This document shows, one piece after another, positions 30,689 through 39,164 of a DNA stretch of 64,000 nt. Every line of letters starts with the position of its first letter. Positions within the stretch are counted from its first letter, which is position 1. The translations under genes were made by a program, and so were the position numbers. The stretch covers positions 96,001 through 160,000 of the forward strand of contig CAZVGK010000003.1 of assembly GCA_964626665.1 (NCBI GenBank), read 5' to 3'. Source of the stretch: an uncultured Gemmatimonadota bacterium. GTDB taxonomy: Bacteria; SM23-81; DAOVCL01. The notes below the pieces were generated by a model that saw only the letters and a program-made list of their open reading frames with translations, ran no database searches and was not told the DNA's origin.

Positions 30689-30844
30689 AACTTAGCTCCC
30701 TTTGGTTGCAAAGCCCGCAGGCCATAAGGTTGAACAGGTGTCAGGAGGTAACTCCTGACACCACGAAAAATAGAATCTGTCTCAATCTGCGTTCACCCCG
30801 TTAAATAATTAAAAATAAACACCATCACACTCTCAAAATGGTTT

Positions 30845-31633
30845 TTATTTAACAGGGTTAATCTGCGTCCCATTCTTTGAATTCCTGACGGAGATTATCT
30901 CAGCCATAATGCTCACGGCGATCTCTCCTGGAGTCTTGGAACCAATCTTCAGGCCAATCGGTGCATGAACTCCCCTTAATAACTTCTCAGAGACGCCTTT
31001 ATCCCGCAATCTGGTAAGGATAGCCTCTGTCTTTTCTTTACTGGCTACCATTCCAATGTAGGCATAATCTTTTTCAATACACCCCCTAAGCACAGTCTCA
31101 TCTGTCCGATGGGCGCGAGTTGCCACCACAATATAAGAATTATCGTCTAAATGGAGATCGGGGATTATCTTTTTGTAATCACCAAAAATGAGCTGTTTTG
31201 CCTCAGGCAACCTCTCCTTTTTGACAAATTCCTCCCGATCATCTACTACGGTTACCTCAAATCCGGCGTAAGGGGCTATCTGGGAGAGAGCCTGGCCAAT
31301 ATGACCTGCCCCAAAGATGAAGAGGCGTGGATCGGTTAAAACTGGTTCAATAAATATTTTGACTCCTCCACCACAAAGCAGACCATTGGTTTCTTTCAGC
31401 TCATATGCCAGGAGTTGGGGAACCTTTGTCCTAATCGCCTCTATCCCCTTCTTAATTACGGCAAATTCTACCCGACCGCCCCCGACTGTTCCAATTGTGT
31501 TGCCGTCCTCCTTTATTATCATTTTTGCCCCAGATTTTCCCGGGCTGGAACCTGAAGATTCCACCACTGTGGCCAAGGCAAGGGCCTTCCCCTGGTTAAG
31601 GAGATTCACTATTTCCTTATATATCTTCCCCAT
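30845..31633 (-). CDS. xdhC: XdhC/CoxF family molybdenum hydroxylase maturation factor
   Basis: GSSPG..GAKM, GTVGGG..E, CGG, FGAGH, VDDR, APIGL.IG..TP.EIA. Confidence 0.92.
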   Translation of the reverse strand: MGKIYKEIVNLLNQGKALALATVVESSGSSPGKSGAKMIIKEDGNTIGTVGGGRVEFAVIKKGIEAIRTKVPQLLAYELKETNGLLCGGGVKIFIEPVLTDPRLFIFGAGHIGQALSQIAPYAGFEVTVVDDREEFVKKERLPEAKQLIFGDYKKIIPDLHLDDNSYIVVATRAHRTDETVLRGCIEKDYAYIGMVASKEKTEAILTRLRDKGVSEKLLRGVHAPIGLKIGSKTPGEIAVSIMAEIISVRNSKNGTQINPVK

Positions 31634-31648
31634 CAGTATTTATATCTC

Positions 31649-31795
31649 ACCACGAAGCCACCGAATAGCATCTTACAATGGTCAATTAGCAATTAGCAAG
31701 TTAAAATGAACTAAAGATGGGAAATGCAGTAGTATCCATTGATAATTGTTAATTAATCATTAACCATTTCTTTGTCAATTAGTGGCTATCCGTGG
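31649..31795. repeat. CCACG-arm element with inner heptamer (CAATTAG) inverted arms
   Basis: ACCACGAAGCCACCGAAT ... ATTAGTGGCTATCCGTGG; inner AATGGTCAATTAGCAATTAGCAA / TTGATAATTGTTAATTAATCATTAACCATT. Confidence 0.6.
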
Positions 31796-32272
31796 CTAAT
31801 TATCCCCTATATTTAACCTCTTTGCCGCCTTCCCTATCGCTTTTATGATCTTGCTGTATCCTGTGCACCTGCAGAGATTTCCTGATATTGCCTCCTTTAT
31901 CTCCCCTTCGCTCGGATCTTGGTTTTTCATCAGCAACGCCTTTGCTGAAAGTATCATCCCAGGCGTGCAGAACCCGCATTGGACTGCTCCCTCTTCGATG
32001 AATGCCTGCTGAATTGGGTCGAGCCTGTCATCTTTGGAGAGCCCTTCAATCGTCGTTATCTCACAGCCATCAAGCTGGCAGGCAAGCACGAGACAGGAAA
32101 CAACCGGTTTACCATCCATAATAACCGTGCAAGCTCCACATTCCCCCTTCCCACATCCCTCCTTCGTCCCCTTCAGTCCCAGGTCTTCTCGCAGGATCGA
32201 TAGCAAGGTTCTGGTAGATTCAGTAACTATCTCCCTCTCCTGCGAATTTACTTTGAACTTTATCTTAATCAT
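31796..32272 (-). CDS. Molybdenum hydroxylase 2Fe-2S subunit
   Basis: GTKEGCGKGECGAC, QCGFCTPG, NLCRCTGY. Confidence 0.95.
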   Translation of the reverse strand: MIKIKFKVNSQEREIVTESTRTLLSILREDLGLKGTKEGCGKGECGACTVIMDGKPVVSCLVLACQLDGCEITTIEGLSKDDRLDPIQQAFIEEGAVQCGFCTPGMILSAKALLMKNQDPSEGEIKEAISGNLCRCTGYSKIIKAIGKAAKRLNIGDN

Positions 32273-32287
32273 TTTTGATAACAACCA

Positions 32288-32509
32288 ACCACGGAACCTC
32301 ACGGAACTACACGGATGTTTTTATCAACGAATTCATTACTCATTTTTAATCTTTTTCCGTGCTACTCCGTGGTCATCCCTGGTGAATCTACCACGGAATC
32401 TCACGGAGAAAAGCAATTATGAATTGAGAATTAAGAACGAAATTTATGCTGTTATTCCTGATTTCTGTAGACTGATCCTTGATTTTGTTTTTCTGTGCTA
32501 GTCCGTGGT
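32288..32509 (+). repeat. Two tandem CCACGG-arm elements
   Basis: 32288-32383 and 32390-32509, each with ACCACGGAA..TCACGGA left arms and TCCGTGGT-type right arms. Confidence 0.8.
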
Positions 32510-34764
32510 GAAATATTATCATTTTTGTTTAACTCAGCTATAATCTTTTCTGGGGTTGCCGGAAGGTCTCTTATCCTGATGCCGGTGGCATCAAATATCG
32601 CATTAGTAATTGCCGGGGCTACTCCAATTAGGGGCTGTTCCCCCAACCCCTTCGCCCCAAATGGCCCTTCAGGATAAGGGTCCTCAACAAAAACCGAGAC
32701 TATCTCCGGTGTGTCCTTCGCGGTAGGAAGTATGTAAGTGGAGAAATTAGTATTCAAAATCTTGCCTCCCCTGGAGATCATATCCTCAAAGAGGGCATAT
32801 CCAACCGCCTGTAGTATTCCACCCTCCACCTGCCCAGTTGCGGTTTGCGGGTTAATCACCCTCCCCACATCGTGGACGGCAATGATCTTTTTGACCGTTA
32901 CCTCACCGGTAAACATATTCACCTCAACCTCCGCTATGTTTGTCCCTGTGGAGTAAACGAAATATGGTTTCCCCTGACCGGTGGCTTTGTTCCAGGAGGT
33001 GGGCGGAGCCTTATACCACCCCTGAGAGGACATCACCATCTTTTCCTTAAAACATTCCCTGATCACATCATTTATATCTATCCTCTTGGCTCTACACAAG
33101 GCATATCCATCTTTCAATTTAACCTTCGCCCGCGGAGACTTTAACATTTTAGCCGCCACCTCCCCGATGCTTTTCTTTATCGGCCTTGAGGCTTCTATCA
33201 GGGCATTTCCCGACATCACGGTGGCCCGAGAGGCCACCGTGGGGCCACTATCCGGCACCCTTGTTGTATCCGTAGGAATCATCGATACCCTCTCATATTC
33301 AATCCCCAATTCATTGGCCAAAATCTGAGAAAGCACGGTCTCCATACCCTGGCCCATTTCGGTGGTGCCCACCGCAAAGTTCACAGAACCATCAGAGAGA
33401 ACACTCACCCACGCCCCTGCTTTGGCCAGGTGTTTCCCCCCAGCCCCTAAGCCCACCCCATAATAGTTACAGGCTACTCCCAAACCCCTTCTTTCATATC
33501 CATTTGAACTTTTTTTCTTCCCCTTCCATCCAATGCGGGCTGCTTCTCTCAAAGTTTTTTCCAACTCTATGCTTTCCTTGATAAGGTGTCCTGTAACCGT
33601 CCTATCGCCCTTTTTCAATATGTTTCTTAACCTAAATTCAATGAGGTCAATGTGCAATTTGTGGGCAAGTTCATCCATCTGAGATTCAATGGCGAAGGTT
33701 ACCTGAGGCGTACCAAACCCCCTAAATGCCCCACAGGGAACGGTATTGGTGGTTAGCGCATAGGAATCCACCTTCACATTAAGGCATTTGTATGGCCCTA
33801 CCGCATGGACTGTTCCCCGCCAGAGGACAACTGGGCTTAAGGTGCTATAAGCGCCAGAGTTGAGGACATATTTTACCTCAACAGCGTTGAGATAACCATC
33901 TTTAGTAACCCCGGATTTGTAATCAATTACTGCGGGATGACGCTTACTCATAGACTCTATGTCCTCTTCTCGGGAATAGATAAGCTTGGCCGGTCTTTTG
34001 GTCCAGAAAGCAACCAAAGCGGCCTGAGAGGCCACCAGGGAAGGAACATCCTCTTTGCCTCCAAATGCCCCACCAGTGGTGGTCTGGATTACCTCTACCT
34101 TGCTGAAAGGAACTCCCAGGATATGGGAGACAGCATTTTGCACATAAAAAGGACACTGCATAGAGCCATAAATCAGCATTCGATCCTCATAGGGAACAGC
34201 AATCATTCCCTGGGGCTCTATGTAGGCATGTTCCTGGTAGGAGGTTGTATACCTGTGTGTGACAACGAGGTCGCACTCCGCAAATCCCCTTTGAACATCT
34301 CCCCTTCTTATCCTGTGATGGGAGAATATATTATCTTTACCATAAATTTTCGGCGATTCCTTTTTCATCGCTATTAAGGGATCAAGAAGGGGCTCAAGCT
34401 CCTCATATTCAACCCTTACCTTCTGGGAGGCCTCCTCAATTGCCTCCCTATCCTCCCCCGCTATCAGGGCAATCGGTTCACCTATATACCTCACCTCTTT
34501 TTCGGCGAGCAGTGGTTGATCCATAAGAACTATGGGCACTACATTGGCTCCCGGAATAGATTCAGAGGTAAGGACAGCCACTATCCCCTTAACGGTTTTC
34601 GCCTCTGAGGGGTCGATGCTTTTGATCAAGCCATAAGGTAAAGGACTACGCACCACCTTAACCCAAAGCATATTTGGAAAGGAGAGGTCATCGATGAATA
34701 TTGCCTTGCCGGTGACCTTTAACCTCACATCTTTCCTTATCTCACTTTTCCCAATAAAGCTCAT
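32452..34764 (-). CDS. Xanthine dehydrogenase family Mo-binding subunit (XdhA-like)
   Basis: QEHAYIEP, SMQCP, GGAFGGK, AFRGFG, TVASR, GAKGLGE. Confidence 0.92.
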   Translation of the reverse strand: MSFIGKSEIRKDVRLKVTGKAIFIDDLSFPNMLWVKVVRSPLPYGLIKSIDPSEAKTVKGIVAVLTSESIPGANVVPIVLMDQPLLAEKEVRYIGEPIALIAGEDREAIEEASQKVRVEYEELEPLLDPLIAMKKESPKIYGKDNIFSHHRIRRGDVQRGFAECDLVVTHRYTTSYQEHAYIEPQGMIAVPYEDRMLIYGSMQCPFYVQNAVSHILGVPFSKVEVIQTTTGGAFGGKEDVPSLVASQAALVAFWTKRPAKLIYSREEDIESMSKRHPAVIDYKSGVTKDGYLNAVEVKYVLNSGAYSTLSPVVLWRGTVHAVGPYKCLNVKVDSYALTTNTVPCGAFRGFGTPQVTFAIESQMDELAHKLHIDLIEFRLRNILKKGDRTVTGHLIKESIELEKTLREAARIGWKGKKKSSNGYERRGLGVACNYYGVGLGAGGKHLAKAGAWVSVLSDGSVNFAVGTTEMGQGMETVLSQILANELGIEYERVSMIPTDTTRVPDSGPTVASRATVMSGNALIEASRPIKKSIGEVAAKMLKSPRAKVKLKDGYALCRAKRIDINDVIRECFKEKMVMSSQGWYKAPPTSWNKATGQGKPYFVYSTGTNIAEVEVNMFTGEVTVKKIIAVHDVGRVINPQTATGQVEGGILQAVGYALFEDMISRGGKILNTNFSTYILPTAKDTPEIVSVFVEDPYPEGPFGAKGLGEQPLIGVAPAITNAIFDATGIRIRDLPATPEKIIAELNKNDNISPRTSTEKQNQGSVYRNQE

Positions 34765-34792
34765 CTTATGGGGAAGTCTCCTATTTTTAAGA

Positions 34793-35222
34793 AACCACAA
34801 GATTACACAAGATTTTCACGAGATTATCCTTCTTTCCTCCAATTTTTCTTTGCCAAAATTGAAAAGTAATCCAATTCTATATTTTGTAGCCTTCAAATAA
34901 TGCATCAACTGCGCCTCATCCACCTTTGTTAAACCAGAGGTAGCTTTAATCTCAACAATAACCTTCCCATCCACTACCAAATCAGCTCTATACTTTTTAG
35001 GAATTAAGTGGTCTTTATAATAGATATCGATCTCAACTTGTTTCTGGAAAGGAATTCTTTGCAGCCTTAATTCATAGCATAGAGCTTCTTCATAGACATA
35101 TTCCAGGAAACCGTTTCCTAATTCATTATGGACTTCCATCGCCGCACCAATGATTCTGTAAGTCAGATCTTTATATAACCATTTGTCATCATCTGTGCTC
35201 ATCTTGTGTTAATCTTGTGGTT
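34793..35222 (-). mobile_element. Putative GxxExxY cassette with inverted terminal arms
   Basis: Arm 34793-34824 AACCACAAGATTACACAAGATTTTCACGAGAT; reverse complement of arm 35191-35222 is AACCACAAGATTAACACAAGATGAGCACAGAT. Confidence 0.65.
34816..35202 (-). CDS. GxxExxY protein (PD-(D/E)XK nuclease fold)
   Basis: IIGAAMEVHNELGNGFLEYVYEEAL, RADLVV..KVIVEIKA, QL..YLKA, GLLFNFG. Confidence 0.93.
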   Translation of the reverse strand: MSTDDDKWLYKDLTYRIIGAAMEVHNELGNGFLEYVYEEALCYELRLQRIPFQKQVEIDIYYKDHLIPKKYRADLVVDGKVIVEIKATSGLTKVDEAQLMHYLKATKYRIGLLFNFGKEKLEERRIIS

Positions 35223-35804
35223 ACGAAAGCCTTTTATACACCTTTCATAATCCTCTTTTGTGTTGATATTAAGGACAACGTTCTTATCTCCCACGGGAAG
35301 CTCGACGACACTATCTCTATTCTCCTTAATCACGAATCGAGCTCCAATGTCCTCCGGGGCATTCATCAACTCCTTTATATATTTGGAGTTAAAGCCAACT
35401 GGATGTCCCCTTTTGCCTTTGTATTTCGGAAGAACTATCGGGGACCCCTTTTTAAGGAGGTCAACAATTGCCTGGTAAGTAGTCACTGAAACCAGAGGAT
35501 GATCCACAAGGACCATCAGAAAAGCATCTATGTCTGAGGAGAGAAGGTTCAATCCAACCTTCAGGGAGAAGAGCTGTCCCCTTTCATAATTATCGTTTAC
35601 TAGAGACTTTACATCTGCGGGAAGATGCGACTTAATCTCTCTTGCCTTATGGCCTAAAACGACGACGATCTCCCTTAACCCTGCCCTTTTTAAGCTTTCT
35701 ATAATAGTATTTAGAAAGGTGGACCCTCCGAGGGGCAAAAGGGATTTTGGAATGCCCATTCTCTCCGATTTACCTGCTGCTAAAATTATCGCCGCGATCT
35801 TCAT
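35199..35804 (-). CDS. mocA: Molybdenum cofactor cytidylyltransferase (MocA-like)
   Basis: ILAAGKSERMG.PK.LL, N.NY..GQ..SL, LVDHP, GHPV; xdh context. Confidence 0.8.
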   Translation of the reverse strand: MKIAAIILAAGKSERMGIPKSLLPLGGSTFLNTIIESLKRAGLREIVVVLGHKAREIKSHLPADVKSLVNDNYERGQLFSLKVGLNLLSSDIDAFLMVLVDHPLVSVTTYQAIVDLLKKGSPIVLPKYKGKRGHPVGFNSKYIKELMNAPEDIGARFVIKENRDSVVELPVGDKNVVLNINTKEDYERCIKGFRNHKINTR

Positions 35805-35814
35805 TACAAAGGAT

Positions 35815-36555
35815 TTATAGCCTTATATTGATCTTTCGTCCCCATTTCCTAATTCCCTGGGTATTGGCACCAAGTGAAACTGTCTGAAGTAAATTTTCTG
35901 AGTCAACCACCTCCATACCCGAAAGCAAAGTTATCCCATGATCCTTCAATACCTCCGGAATCATAGGTGTTGTTGGTCCTATTATTGCCACGGTTCTGGC
36001 ATTAGCACAGAGGGGAAGTAACCTATCAATTGTTTTATTTGTGAAGGATGTTCCGCTGATAACTATCACTTCACATTTGGGGAGAAGCAGAGGCTCAGCC
36101 CAGTCCGGCCTATACCCCCTTAGTCCATCGATGGGGTAACGTTCAAATACATATAGCTCTTTGGATAGTTTACGCAATTCTGGGATAAGTGGTAAAAAGG
36201 AACCTACCATACAAACTGTATCCCCACTGGTAACATCGAAAAATTGCAAGGCGTTGCCCTCAAAGAGGAGATCACTATCCACTTCGGAGAGTGCATTCAC
36301 CGTGGCCATTCCTATTGCAGCCATAAGAAAATTGTCTGAAGTTGATAACTCCAAACATTTAATAGACTTACCGTATAACATCTGAGGTTTTAGGTGAGGA
36401 AGGGGATGGGCAAGCTCTCTGACCAATGTGGAGGCGAGGCCACATCTTCCACTATCTAATTTCACCGCCGTCAAACACAGTCCTACTCTTATATCGACGA
36501 TTTCGTGTTCTTTTGCCCTGTCCTGCAGGGAGTCGATTATGTCACCTACAAGCAT
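35815..36555 (-). CDS. DUF364-family Rossmann-like protein
   Basis: G..GLA, IGMATVNAL, VG.F.PL, SGT...NKTID.LL, IGPTTPM. Confidence 0.75.
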   Translation of the reverse strand: MLVGDIIDSLQDRAKEHEIVDIRVGLCLTAVKLDSGRCGLASTLVRELAHPLPHLKPQMLYGKSIKCLELSTSDNFLMAAIGMATVNALSEVDSDLLFEGNALQFFDVTSGDTVCMVGSFLPLIPELRKLSKELYVFERYPIDGLRGYRPDWAEPLLLPKCEVIVISGTSFTNKTIDRLLPLCANARTVAIIGPTTPMIPEVLKDHGITLLSGMEVVDSENLLQTVSLGANTQGIRKWGRKINIRL

Positions 36556-36597
36556 GTTGATAGATTATCAGAAGACCAGAGAATCAGAACGAGATTA

Positions 36598-37403
36598 TCA
36601 GATTCTCTTGGCACCTTTCCGGTTACTTTGGTCCCTCTTTTCTGCGATTCTCGCTATCAAACCGTTTAACCCGCGGATTATCTCCTCATACTCATCAATC
36701 ATTGCCTGAGCCTGAAAATCAGATAAATAATGCTTATCTTCCATTTCCCTCAAATGATTTTGTGTTTCTCCAGATTCCTTTCTTGCTGTATAAAACCCTT
36801 TTATTTTATTGTTGTAATAGTAACTTGAATTACCTTCGGCAATATTATCCGCCACAGACTTTGACGAGCGTTCAATTTGACCGCGGAGTACATATTTTTC
36901 ATTCGGGGGTAGTGTCTTACAAATCTCATGAATTTCTAGCATTAGCTTATGTGCCTTTTGCCATACCCATAACTTTTCATGTCTGGGAGTTATCCCCCTC
37001 TTCTTATCATAATTTTGGGTGGCGTAGTCAAAATTGTTGCTAAGCAGATCTTTGAAATCCAGAATCTTTAAGTAAATCAACGCCTTCTGTAGTATAGTCG
37101 TTCAAATAAGGTCTTATCACTTACCACAGGAGGTCAGAATGAATAAATCCAGGGAACGGTTGCAGTACTCAAGTTGCTATGGACTCCATAATAGACCTTA
37201 TGATTCCTTCCATGATACCTGTCAGGCAACTCTAAAGTAGTATAGATTTAAGACGTTTACAGCCTCTCTTAAAAGGAACAGACACAAGATCGATAAAAAC
37301 CACTTTAGTTAGCTAAGGCGGACACCCAAAATATCAACTGGATCGGATTCAGTCAGAAGCCTCATTAGCAACAATTTTGACTACGCCACCAATTTTGTGC
37401 CAT
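36598..37403 (-). pseudogene. Four-helix-bundle (23S rRNA IVP/Avd-like) gene interrupted near its 5' end by a MITE
   Basis: L.VWQKA..L, LP..EKY.L..Q..RS..SV..NIAEG; removing 37018-37390 and one TSD restores ATG GCA CAA AAT TAT GAT AAG (MAQNYDKK...). Confidence 0.8.
37018..37390. mobile_element. 373-bp MITE / internally deleted IS
   Basis: 26-bp perfect TIR GGTGGCGTAGTCAAAATTGTTGCTAA (37018-37043, 37365-37390); 7-bp direct repeat AATTTTG on both flanks. Confidence 0.9.
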
Positions 37404-37413
37404 AATTTTTCTG

Positions 37414-37920
37414 TTATTCTGATGCTCTCGTTCTGCTATTCTGTAATCTGATATTCTTCTCTATGAGCTCTGGGATAAACTCCCTGTTATCCTCAGTAAC
37501 TTCCATAATAACCACTTCGTGCAGCGATCTAATCCTATCCAAGAATGGATTAGACTCCTTCTTCAGCACTCCCAACACGCTGCGGTCACTGTTGATTGCA
37601 GAGAAAACCGCCTTTTGAAATTCCTTACAGTCAAGTTCGAACCTCCCCAGCTCATCCATTATAATGATGTCCCTCTTAACAAGCGCCATCTCTATAGCAG
37701 ATTTCCCCAACCCTTCAAAGCCCTCCTTGATAATTTCCCAGTTTAACCCATTTCTTCTCGCTACAACTTCAGTTCTATCGGATATTAAATCTCGGAGCAA
37801 AACCAAATTAGACTCTATTTTAGTCTGAAACCCTCCATAGGAGAGGTCAATGCTCTGCAGGAATTCCCTGATGGCTGTGCTCTTCCCTATACCAATCTTA
37901 CCAGTGAGGAAAATATTCAT
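37414..37920 (-). CDS. Nucleoside-triphosphatase (THEP1/NTPase_1 family)
   Basis: MNIFLTGKIGIGKST, GGF.T, IIMDELGRFE, NR. Confidence 0.85.
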   Translation of the reverse strand: MNIFLTGKIGIGKSTAIREFLQSIDLSYGGFQTKIESNLVLLRDLISDRTEVVARRNGLNWEIIKEGFEGLGKSAIEMALVKRDIIIMDELGRFELDCKEFQKAVFSAINSDRSVLGVLKKESNPFLDRIRSLHEVVIMEVTEDNREFIPELIEKNIRLQNSRTRASE

Positions 37921-37936
37921 CCCCCAAACACCACTA

Positions 37937-38617
37937 TTAGGACCCAACAGTGATGGCAAAGGCTCCAATCCCCCAACAAACTGCTGAAATGGTAATGCAG
38001 GTAGCATAACCAAAAGTTGGTTTTGTCGTCAGCAGATGAACCATAGCTGGCCGGAGTTTTATCCCCACCAAATATCCAACAGGTAAGAAAATGGCTGAGA
38101 AAACCATCCAAACAAGGCCCTCTCGCACCATAAACCCCATTGGGCTAAACGAGAGCAGATAAGTGCAGGGCGCCACTCTCATCCCCACGAAGTAAAAACT
38201 TGCTGCACCAATGAGAGCGGCTAGGGCCCCCACGCCCATTCTCGTATAGACACCTCTATCCATTCTCTCCATTAGACCAAGGGCTACCAGGCTGAGGGCA
38301 AATGACTCTAACCCCACAGCAATAGATGAGTTTGCTTTGCAGACTATGGAAATGTGCAGAATGGGAATAGAAAGCATCTTAAACAACCCAGCAATTAAAC
38401 CTACCCCCAACAGCATAGTTGGCCTTTTGTAGATAGCCAGAGTTATGCCCATACTGAGCATTCCCATACCCACGAGCAAACCAGCATGATAGGGAAAATC
38501 GATAGCCCGCAGGCCAGATCCAAGAACAACCTCAAAGAATCCCCAAATAGAACCAAAGAGCAAAATCCCCATAACAACAGGGAATCCACCTTGCCATTTG
38601 CTAACTTCTGTGCTCAT
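37937..38617 (-). CDS. Multi-pass membrane protein of unknown function
   Basis: About 6-7 hydrophobic segments, GSIWG..E motif; GGAGG RBS before MSTEV. Confidence 0.7.
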   Translation of the reverse strand: MSTEVSKWQGGFPVVMGILLFGSIWGFFEVVLGSGLRAIDFPYHAGLLVGMGMLSMGITLAIYKRPTMLLGVGLIAGLFKMLSIPILHISIVCKANSSIAVGLESFALSLVALGLMERMDRGVYTRMGVGALAALIGAASFYFVGMRVAPCTYLLSFSPMGFMVREGLVWMVFSAIFLPVGYLVGIKLRPAMVHLLTTKPTFGYATCITISAVCWGIGAFAITVGS

Positions 38618-38705
38618 CTCTCCTCCCTCTAAATTTCCGATTTTATCCTTTTTGAGCAAGACATATGAGAAGTTTTCCCTCCCCACCCCATCTCTCGACT
38701 GGCCT

Positions 38706-38734
38706 ATAATAAGAAATGTTCATTAACCTGTCAA
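38706..38734 (-). promoter_or_regulatory. Putative sigma70 promoter heading the purine catabolic cluster
   Basis: Minus strand TTGACA-17-TATTAT. Confidence 0.65.
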
Positions 38735-38783
38735 GCTTTCTTGGATGAATAGTTACTACTGAGACCACTAATCAGATTACCCA

Positions 38784-39051
38784 TCATTGCGAGGCTTGCA
38801 CTGAGCTGCAGCGAGGCGGCAAGCCAAAGCAATCTCCAGCAACTACCGCACTTTAGTGGGGGGGGATATTATGGAGTGCGTCAACTTCCGTTGACGCATG
38901 CTGTGACAGGGCCACAGCACTCCAAAGGGGCTAAAGCCCTCTTAACCCCCGGCTAAAGCCGGGTAGAAGTTGTGGGAGGCATCTCCCAATGCTGATGCAA
39001 GCCAAGGCCAGGAGACCCCTCCCACCCAACCAATGACCCTCCTCGCAATGA
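38784..39051. repeat. TCATTGCGAGG...CCTCGCAATGA element enclosing a reversed TTCTACC element (38843-38968)
   Basis: 11-bp terminal IR; interior is the reverse complement of 21530-21724. Confidence 0.75.
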
Positions 39052-39164
39052 CCAATGAAATACCAATATGCAGACTACAATGTGACCCGAGTAATAATTA
39101 TCCTTCATTTTTCTGGGATCCCGCTTCTTAAACAATCCCTTCGCTCAGCTTCGGCATTAAACGC

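Noticed and set aside
26078-34764. Selenocysteine read-through in Mo hydroxylases
   Set aside because: ORFs are full length with no in-frame TGA
36598-37403. Diversity-generating retroelement (Avd-like gene)
   Set aside because: No reverse transcriptase and no TR/VR pair with adenine-specific mismatches seen
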